Shown here one piece after another: positions 56,825 through 64,000 of a stretch of 64,000 bases of DNA. The DNA comes from a bacterium (lineage in GTDB: Bacteria > SAR324 > NAC60-12). The notes under the pieces were generated by a model. The model was given only the letters and a program-made list of their open reading frames with translations. It did no database searches and was not told the origin of the DNA. Where the stretch lies: NCBI GenBank assembly GCA_965233585.1, contig CBDDTI010000747.1, forward strand, positions 864,001-928,000, in the 5' to 3' direction. Positions within the stretch are counted from its first letter, which is position 1. Every line of letters starts with the position of its first letter. Position numbers and translations under genes: made by a program.

Positions 56825-58213
56825 TCACAAATGACTTTTTGCACGTTCTCTCACCTGTTGCAAGGTGGTTTCACGAAGAATGTCGCCATCTTTAAAAACA
56901 GGTTTAAGTTGATTTTGATTGGTGTTTTGCAATTCAGCTTCAGGAATGGTCAAAAATCGGTCTTGTCGTTGAATTAAGGCTAAACGCCCTGCTTTAGAAC
57001 ATTTTGAGACATCTGTGATGGGTTGTTTAGAGACATCTTGCCAGATTCCGTCAATTTTTGCTGCAGAGCATTTCATGGCAAACTTGAATGTATCACGATT
57101 GATTTGTTGAAGCAAGGCGCCTCCCATGCCAAATGAGATATTTTCAGCACTGATGTTGTGAGCTTGGTAATTGTCTAAAATCTGAAAAATACTTTGCAGG
57201 TTGATGCCGTCGCCTTGAATAATCCGAATGGAAGGAGGCAAGACATGGTAACCTTTGGAATTGACAGAACTGCCATAGGATTTAAGAAGGGATTGTGCCA
57301 CTTTCAACGTCACTTCCACAGGGTCTCCTGAATCGGGACGCACCACCAAAGTTGCCCCCGTTTGCAAGATGCGTTCTTTCAAGTTTTGCCCCCACAGCTT
57401 GTCAACGGCATGATAAATATCATAAGAGTCAGACACCACAGCAAAAGGTTTTCCCTTGCCTGCAAATTGGTCAATCATGTTCTCAAATGCCTCTTGTTCG
57501 GTATTCCAAACGGTGATGGTAGAATGTTCTGCTGCAGGAATAGAAAAACCTGCCATCTCTTCATCATAATACTTTTGCCCTGCCAGCAATGCCCCAATCG
57601 TGTCTGTTCCCATGAAGTTCACCAGATGAGCCAGCCCACCCAATGCCCCTGATTCCCAAGAACTGACACCACGAAAACCAAAATCATGAAGTCTGAAAGC
57701 AATTTGTCCTTCAGCGTCGTCAGATGTTTCTTTGAGGAATTGCAGAATGGTTTGCTTCGCCTTCCAAGAAATAGTTGCCACAGTGCTAGGATACCAGACA
57801 GCACGAAGCAAAGCGGTTTCTAAAAAGTTAGTGAGCCACCAACATTGCGGGTCTGTGTTGTGAATCTGAAGCAAGACATTTTGGCAAGGAATCAAACTGC
57901 CCTCTGCAATAGCATCAATTTGCACGGGTAATTTCCCTGCATGGTGCTTGGCAATATGTTCCCAGCCTTCACGATGAAACGGCAATCCATGAGCTTTGAC
58001 AACCGCTTCTGCCTCATCTATTTTGTGATGTGTAACCTGCACACCCTCAAGGTATTCTTTCAAAAAGGCTTGCAATCCAAAAAACAAAATCTGTTCTTCA
58101 GCAGGCGAGCGGGACTCAATGTATGATGAAATCACTTGAGTTTTTGGAGGATACTGAAACGGGTGTGAGTATTTGTATGAATCAGTATTAAGAATAAGGT
58201 TTGTTGTTTGCAT
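56825..58213 (-). CDS. nadV: Nicotinamide phosphoribosyltransferase
   Basis: TDSYKYSH, FFGLQ, LHDFGFRG, SIPAAEHS, VVSDSYD, VRPDSGDP, IIQGDG, FGMGG, RDT..FAMK. Confidence 0.92.
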   Translation of the reverse strand: MQTTNLILNTDSYKYSHPFQYPPKTQVISSYIESRSPAEEQILFFGLQAFLKEYLEGVQVTHHKIDEAEAVVKAHGLPFHREGWEHIAKHHAGKLPVQIDAIAEGSLIPCQNVLLQIHNTDPQCWWLTNFLETALLRAVWYPSTVATISWKAKQTILQFLKETSDDAEGQIAFRLHDFGFRGVSSWESGALGGLAHLVNFMGTDTIGALLAGQKYYDEEMAGFSIPAAEHSTITVWNTEQEAFENMIDQFAGKGKPFAVVSDSYDIYHAVDKLWGQNLKERILQTGATLVVRPDSGDPVEVTLKVAQSLLKSYGSSVNSKGYHVLPPSIRIIQGDGINLQSIFQILDNYQAHNISAENISFGMGGALLQQINRDTFKFAMKCSAAKIDGIWQDVSKQPITDVSKCSKAGRLALIQRQDRFLTIPEAELQNTNQNQLKPVFKDGDILRETTLQQVRERAKSHL

Positions 58214-58324
58214 AGTTAAACTCCTTAAATATGCTTTTGAAAAAAAGATGATTCAGTCTCTCTCAATCATCAAAACAAAGTTGATTATCTTCAACAAAAA
58301 TTAGAATAAAATAAAGTCAAAAAA

Positions 58325-59077
58325 TTGCTTTGCAATCAAATTCTTTTAGAACGGCAAATCAGAACAGGTTCACGACTTCATGGTTTGCATTTTGAGAATG
58401 AAGTTTTTCCTGATGCTCAATGGGATTCTCTCAAGTGGCAAAATTGCCATTTTACGAACTGCCGTTTTCAAAAAGCATGTTGGAATCATGCCTCTTTTGA
58501 AAATTGCGTTTTTACAAATTGTCTTTTTGACGGCTTGGAATGTTGCCAAACAAACATGACGCATTGCAGGTTTGAAGATTGCGTCAGCAGTGATTCAAAT
58601 TGGTTTCATGCAGTGCTTGAAGATGTTATCTTTTTCAAGTGTCAGTTTCAAAATGCCACCTATCAACAATCTACTTTCAAAATGTTGGTTTCAGAACTCT
58701 CTGAGTGGCAAGACATTTGTTTTATAACATGCCAGATGCAAGATGTGAGGCTTTGCTTGTGTATGTTGAATCGTTTGGAATGGCGGAACACCAAAGCCTT
58801 AAGCCTTGACCTCACAGCATCTTACCTTGAAGACTCTGTCATTAGTCAAGTTGAATGGCAAGAGCCTGTTTTCATTTACTCCCAAATCAAAAAAACAACA
58901 TGGAAAGACTCATCAATCAAGTCTGCTAATTTGATGTATGCAACCATTGAACAAAATCAGTTTGAACACACTGACTTGCCAAATCCTTGCACTGACGAGC
59001 TGAACTGGTTAGACAATCATGTTGAAGGAGGAAAAGCCATCGTACATCATAAGCCAGCAAGTCAATCAACAAAATAG
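58325..59077 (+). CDS. Pentapeptide-repeat protein
   Basis: Five-residue periodicity (CHFTN CRFQK ACWNH ASFEN CVFTN CLFDG). Start codon uncertain. Confidence 0.8.
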   Translation: MLCNQILLERQIRTGSRLHGLHFENEVFPDAQWDSLKWQNCHFTNCRFQKACWNHASFENCVFTNCLFDGLECCQTNMTHCRFEDCVSSDSNWFHAVLEDVIFFKCQFQNATYQQSTFKMLVSELSEWQDICFITCQMQDVRLCLCMLNRLEWRNTKALSLDLTASYLEDSVISQVEWQEPVFIYSQIKKTTWKDSSIKSANLMYATIEQNQFEHTDLPNPCTDELNWLDNHVEGGKAIVHHKPASQSTK

Positions 59078-59144
59078 CAAATCAATCAACAAAGATTTTT
59101 TTAAAGATTTTGAAATTTGAAAAACCGACACATCTAAATTTTTT

Positions 59145-59672
59145 ATGAAAAAAATCATCAATCACATGACCTCTTTGAGTTTGTTAGTCCTTTTGAGTTT
59201 GTGGGTAAGCCCCGCGTATGCTGAATATCGTGCCTATGAAATTGAGGTTTATGACCGCATGGAACGTAAATCTGAAATCATCATTACTACTTTTTCACCA
59301 AATGACTATATTTTGACTCACGGAGGAGACCAAAGAGTCGGGATTATCTTGCGAGCCTCTTGGATCTGTTACGGAGATACTTCCCATTATAAAAAACCTT
59401 GTCCGAAGCCTGAAACGATTTATCCGAAGTTTGCAGTGGGTGACCGCGTCCAAATCGTGCTGGAACATCACGTGACTGACCAATGGGAAGGCGTGATTGA
59501 AAACTCGTTTTATAGACCTGATTTAAGGAGTAATGTTTATGGAGTGCGTTTTCCAGACCGCCGCAGAATGTATGCCCGTTATTACGAGGCAAATCTACGA
59601 CCTTTGAAAAAAGAAGGTCAGGAAGCTGAAGTTAAGGAAGAAGATGTTAGAGATTTTCAATCTTTTCAATAA
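59145..59672 (+). CDS. Exported hypothetical protein with a C-terminal SH3/KOW-like domain
   Basis: Signal peptide ending AYA; KFAVGDRVQI...WEGVI...YGVRF. Confidence 0.6.
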   Translation: MKKIINHMTSLSLLVLLSLWVSPAYAEYRAYEIEVYDRMERKSEIIITTFSPNDYILTHGGDQRVGIILRASWICYGDTSHYKKPCPKPETIYPKFAVGDRVQIVLEHHVTDQWEGVIENSFYRPDLRSNVYGVRFPDRRRMYARYYEANLRPLKKEGQEAEVKEEDVRDFQSFQ

Positions 59673-60816
59673 ACCATGACATCTCTTCAGCCATTTTTTC
59701 AAAATGTGGATTATACAAAAGCCTTGAAATTTTGACATTCTCGGGACCTGTGCCAAATTCACCATAAAGCCTTTTGTCTTTTTCAGGGCATTGAGGGTAG
59801 TCAAACCCACAATATTCAACGGGGCTGTTTTTGCCATAATGCGGGTTGTCAGGGTGGGTGAGGATTGTGCGATGGCTGAAGCTGACAATATTTTGGTCTT
59901 CAAGTCTGCTTGACAAATTGACAAGACGTTTTTGTGAGTCTTGGGAAACCTCAAGTCCTTGAGTTTCTGGATTAAACCAGAGCATGTGAACAAAAGGCAA
60001 CGGTTGTTTTTGATAAAATTCATACACAACCTGTGCGTCAACAGTGGAGTCGCTTTTTGAGATGGTTACAAAAGTTGGTGGTAATTTGGGATTTTGTGAA
60101 AGACGTTTTTTCAAATCACGGGTTAGTAAGTATGTTTCTGCTGCCGATTGAGTCGTTGTATTTTCGTAACGTGCAAAGTCTGGGTTGGGAATTTCATCTG
60201 AATCAATCCATGTTTGAAAATAACGCAACACAGGCGTCAAAAAAACTAAAGAATTATTAATCCGAAAGACAGGAGCAAACAAAAACAAACCTTTGACCCG
60301 CTCATCTTGGGTGGCATGGAACAGACTCAATGCACCACCCAATGAGTAGCCTCCCAAATATACCTCATCAAATTCCTGAACTGCCTGATTGAACGCATCG
60401 CTGACCAGCGCTTTCCAATCGTCACGTGAAATTTCAGCCAAATGTCCTGCATGACTTCCATGTCCAGGTAAAAGCAATGTACGAACATAGAAACATTTTT
60501 TGACAAAAACATTGGCAACGTCTCGCATGATGAACGGAGTGTCACCAAGCCCATGAGTCAAAATTACAACACGACTTTTTGTTGAAGGACAGCTTGGTTG
60601 AAGCTCAAAAGGCAAAACCTTTTCTATCTGTTCATCAAGAGTTCCCTGACCAATCGCCACACGATTTTTTTGCAACCAAGAACGCGTTTCACTGACGTAT
60701 TGCACAAACGATTTGTTCTTGAGGTCAGGTGGTCTCTCTGTCATGGGAGGAATTTCTTTGGACGAACAGCCAAACAACACAAGTAAGGGCAGGGCAAGGG
60801 TTTTCAATCGCATCAT
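59647..60816 (-). CDS. Alpha/beta hydrolase lipoprotein (esterase/lipase)
   Basis: Lipobox LFGC, HGLGDTP, LPGHG, GYSLGG nucleophile elbow. Confidence 0.88.
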   Translation of the reverse strand: MMRLKTLALPLLVLFGCSSKEIPPMTERPPDLKNKSFVQYVSETRSWLQKNRVAIGQGTLDEQIEKVLPFELQPSCPSTKSRVVILTHGLGDTPFIMRDVANVFVKKCFYVRTLLLPGHGSHAGHLAEISRDDWKALVSDAFNQAVQEFDEVYLGGYSLGGALSLFHATQDERVKGLFLFAPVFRINNSLVFLTPVLRYFQTWIDSDEIPNPDFARYENTTTQSAAETYLLTRDLKKRLSQNPKLPPTFVTISKSDSTVDAQVVYEFYQKQPLPFVHMLWFNPETQGLEVSQDSQKRLVNLSSRLEDQNIVSFSHRTILTHPDNPHYGKNSPVEYCGFDYPQCPEKDKRLYGEFGTGPENVKISRLLYNPHFEKMAEEMSWFIEKIENL

Positions 60817-61027
60817 TCAGATTAGGTAAAATCATTCACTCTAACACTTTTGAAAATTTTTTGAAAACAAAAAAAGTTTTCATTTTGATTCAAAATTCCA
60901 TGGAAGAACGACAACGTTTATTAGACTTTAAGCATCATCAATGAACAACAAGTCAATTCTGCACCGTGTGTCCCCAATGTCAAGTCACAGGAATGAAGCT
61001 AGATAACATAAGCAGGCATTTTTTGAG

Positions 61028-61999
61028 TCAGAACGAAAGGTTCTGAATTTGTTGTTGAGAGAGTCCTGTGACAGATTCAATCAAGTCTTTATCTAATCCT
61101 TGAGCCAGCATGTTTTGAGCAATTTGAATTTTTTCTTGCTCAATGCCTTTTTCCATTCCTTCTTGTCGTCCTTGTTCAATGCCCTCTTGTTTTCCTTGCT
61201 CAATTCCTTCTTGTTTTCCTTGCTCAATGCCTTTTTCCATTCCTTGTTTGACACCTTTTTCTATGCCTTGTTTGACACCTTTTTCCATTCCTTTCCGGAA
61301 GTTAAGTTGTTCAGCACCTTTGATGACAGCTACAAATTCTTGCCTTTTATAGACCATCTCCAGTTCTTCAGGAGAAAGTCCTGCTTGGTCAACGACATGT
61401 AACGCTTGTTGGATTGTAGGATTCAAAACTTCTGGGATTTCTTGTAGCTGTTCTGAATGCTTGATGAAATAAATCCACTCTTCTTGCAAGACTTCTAATT
61501 CATTCAAAGACTTTTGAAATTTAGGAAGTTCTACAAAAATGAGTTCTATGTCATCACAATATTGGGTCAGGGTCTTTCTGTCTAAAAGTTTAAAAGAATT
61601 GATGATACTGTCATTGTCTTCAAACATGATGAAGTCTAAGACATTCAAAGCGATGACAGGATTCAGCAGATGATATTGGTCTCCTTTGACTAATTGCATA
61701 GAGTAGTTTTTACAAGCATTGTAGAGGATTCGTTTCTCAAAACCATCATGGTTGACAATCTGCATCTCAATCAAGACTTGCTCACCTGTGTCAAGTCTTG
61801 CTTTCACGTCAACGAAGGTAATCTTCATGCCTTGCAGTAAAGGCGGATTGTAGGGGTCTTGAATCACCAAATCTTGTATTTGCTTCTGATGAGGGAACTC
61901 TATCATCGCATTGAGAAAGCTGATAAGAAGCGCTTTGTTCTTCTCATCTCCAAACAACATCTTGAACGCATAGTCTGTCTTGATGTCTAAAAATCTCAT
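61028..61999 (-). CDS. Rpn-family PD-(D/E)XK nuclease (PDDEXK_2) with C-terminal G-x-E/K-Q/K repeats
   Basis: DYAFKMLFG, LISFLNA, VDVKA, IEMQ, KRILYN, FVELPKF, (GIEQGKQE)n, IAQNMLAQGL...I..VTGLS. Confidence 0.9.
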   Translation of the reverse strand: MRFLDIKTDYAFKMLFGDEKNKALLISFLNAMIEFPHQKQIQDLVIQDPYNPPLLQGMKITFVDVKARLDTGEQVLIEMQIVNHDGFEKRILYNACKNYSMQLVKGDQYHLLNPVIALNVLDFIMFEDNDSIINSFKLLDRKTLTQYCDDIELIFVELPKFQKSLNELEVLQEEWIYFIKHSEQLQEIPEVLNPTIQQALHVVDQAGLSPEELEMVYKRQEFVAVIKGAEQLNFRKGMEKGVKQGIEKGVKQGMEKGIEQGKQEGIEQGKQEGIEQGRQEGMEKGIEQEKIQIAQNMLAQGLDKDLIESVTGLSQQQIQNLSF

Positions 62000-62142
62000 G
62001 GCAGTTTGTTCATAGAAATTTTGCTAATCCAGCAACAAAAGACTAATCTAGCCGATTTTGTCACAATCAGCAAATTGAAGCGAATTGAGATGCCATTTGG
62101 TCAAGGTCAAGTGGAAGGCTTCAGCCTTTTTTGAGTTGATTG

Positions 62143-62619
62143 TCAAACATGACTCATATTTTGGATTGGCACTCCGTAGATTTCTCGTTCTTTGCGTTGG
62201 CGAATCAAGCAGGCACGGCGAAAGGCTTCTTGTTCTCCATACAAATTGATAGAGACAGAGGTTTTTTTGGTAACTCCTGGCTCAGGATTATATGTGATTT
62301 CAAAGATATTCCAATGAATGCAATCACCATTAGAGGCTTGATATTTTTTGACTTTTCTTTGAACTCCAATGACTCCGCTTTTGTTGTCAGAACGTTTGGT
62401 CACAAGGTATCGGTCTGTGCGGGGGATTCCTAGATTCTTTTCTAAAACGTTACGGTAAACGATAGCCGCTTGCAATGCCGCCTCGCGACCGTGATGTTTG
62501 TTATCGCTAAAAAACTTTGACCGCATCACTCCTTGGTGCCTGATACGCAAATACCAGCCGTGAGTTTTCTTCTCTATCTGATCAATCCTGCTAATTCCTT
62601 TATACTTTTTTTCTTTCAT
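62143..62619 (-). CDS. Tandem AP2-like DNA-binding domain protein
   Basis: Two modules: YKGISRID...GWYLR...SKFFSD..HGREAALQAAI.YRN and NKSGVIGV...SINLYGEQEAFRRA..IR. Confidence 0.7.
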   Translation of the reverse strand: MKEKKYKGISRIDQIEKKTHGWYLRIRHQGVMRSKFFSDNKHHGREAALQAAIVYRNVLEKNLGIPRTDRYLVTKRSDNKSGVIGVQRKVKKYQASNGDCIHWNIFEITYNPEPGVTKKTSVSINLYGEQEAFRRACLIRQRKEREIYGVPIQNMSHV

Positions 62620-62873
62620 GGCAATTATTTAAAATAAGTTTTAAAAAAATAAAAACTTTAGTCATTGTATTTTATTTATTTTGCTAATGCAAATATTTTT
62701 TAATTTTTTATTAAATATATTAATTCGCATCAACAAAAATTAAGTGGCTTTGGATTTAAAATTTCCTAAATAATTATTTTCTTGACAAAAATAACAATCT
62801 AATGCGTGACTTTGAAATTTTTTGTTTGCATTGACAGCCTGAACTGATTCTTGTATCCTTTCTTGATTTTGCG

Positions 62874-64000
62874 ATGTCTTCCTCTGAACTTTTCTCTCTC
62901 CTTCCTGATTTGATTTTCAGCCTTCTTTTTCTTTTAAAAAACGAGCCTATTATCGCTGCTGGTGTCATTTTTGGGATAGCCTTGTTGGTTGGCTTTGTGT
63001 TGATTTGGTTCTTTGGTCAATCCAAGATCAGTCAAGGTTCCAAATCAGATGAAGAGTTGATTGACGAGTTTGAAAAAAAAGCAGAAGAAGAGCGGGAGAA
63101 TCAGCAAAAGGAGCAGAAGAAACGGCTAAAAGCTAAACAACTTGAAGAAAGGAAAAAGATCGCAGAAGAGTTGGCTGCCAAAGAGCAAGCTCTTCAGGAA
63201 AAAAAGACGTCTCACCTTGAGCTTCCTGATGACCAGCCAGCTGAAGAACCTCCTAAAAGTTTAAGGGAAAGTCTTGCAAAAACACGTAGTCAGTTTTTAC
63301 AAGGCTTCACCAATCTGGTGCTAGGAGATAAAAAGATTGATGAAGATGCACTGGATTCATTGGAAGAATCCTTGTTGCAGGCGGACATTGGTGTCCAAAC
63401 AGTCCAACAAATTATTGATAAAGTCACCGAGAAAAGTGAGCGAGGAGAACTGAAGAACCTTGACAAAGTGAAAGAGACCATTCAACAAATTATTTTGTCT
63501 GTTTTTGAGCAACCGATGACTCTGACGACTCCTTGCCAAACGAAACCTCAAGTGATTTTTATCATTGGGGTCAATGGTGTTGGTAAGACAACGACCATCG
63601 GCAAATTGGCTTCATCTTTCATTCAGTCAGGTCAAAAAACATTACTGGGTGCAGGGGATACTTTTCGTGCAGGTGCTATAGACCAACTTAAATTATGGTC
63701 AGAACGTTCAGGTGCAGGATTTGTTGCTAAAGATGCAGGAAGTGACCCGTCCTCTGTCATTTATCAATCTGTACAAACTGCCCTTGCTGAAAATTATGAT
63801 GTTGTCATTTGTGACACTGCGGGACGTTTGCATAACAACTCAAATCTCATGGAAGAGTTAAAAAAGATGGTGCGTGTCGTGCAAAAACTGATTCCAGATG
63901 CACCACATGAAATCTTTTTAGTGATTGATGCCACAACAGGACAAAATGCAGTCACACAAGCCAAACAATTTCACCAAGCAGTCAATTTGACAGGAATGAT
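62874..64000 (+). CDS. ftsY: Signal recognition particle receptor FtsY (runs off the window edge)
   Basis: Manual translation from ATG 62874: LEESLLQADIG, GVNGVGKTTTIGKLA, DTFRAGA, DTAGRLH, DATTGQNA. Confidence 0.95.
   Translation, partial: MSSSELFSLLPDLIFSLLFLLKNEPIIAAGVIFGIALLVGFVLIWFFGQSKISQGSKSDEELIDEFEKKAEEERENQQKEQKKRLKAKQLEERKKIAEELAAKEQALQEKKTSHLELPDDQPAEEPPKSLRESLAKTRSQFLQGFTNLVLGDKKIDEDALDSLEESLLQADIGVQTVQQIIDKVTEKSERGELKNLDKVKETIQQIILSVFEQPMTLTTPCQTKPQVIFIIGVNGVGKTTTIGKLASSFIQSGQKTLLGAGDTFRAGAIDQLKLWSERSGAGFVAKDAGSDPSSVIYQSVQTALAENYDVVICDTAGRLHNNSNLMEELKKMVRVVQKLIPDAPHEIFLVIDATTGQNAVTQAKQFHQAVNLTGM

Noticed and set aside
56825..58213. nadV as a phage-type NAD reconstitution or defence gene
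   Set aside because: There is no adjacent Prs, NMNAT or Nudix partner and no phage genes. An ordinary salvage role suffices.

Overview
This window looks like bacterial chromosome, AT-rich, and by gene content possibly deltaproteobacterial or SAR324-like (inference only). Most of it is a scattered housekeeping and signalling backbone: purH, trpC, tsaD, glyA, purQ, cheY, cpoB, bamD, motB, miaB, cheZ, a class I cyclase, trpF, galK, lpdA, nadV and ftsY. The main finding is a 1299-aa type V CRISPR effector at 1217-5116. It has an intact RuvC triad and zinc ribbon, and its motifs match the Cas12a2/Cms1 family, specifically the SmCms1-like clade now called Cas12a3 (comparison from memory). I see no CRISPR array, cas1, cas2 or cas4 anywhere in the window. 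Instead the gene has its own sigma70-like promoter and is followed by an uncharacterised 687-aa DUF3800-like (RNase H fold)/TPR protein and a divergent tsaD. Other notable items are: twin partner-switching modules including a STAS-methyltransferase fusion; a large FN3/Kelch lipoprotein with variable-loop 150-nt repeats; tandem PD-(D/E)XK paralogues among mixed REP elements; a decayed defence region (RloAB, a specificity subunit, IS1 copies); and an IS-split DNA methyltransferase whose first codons copy the lpdA 5' end. All family assignments come from motif recognition, not database searches.
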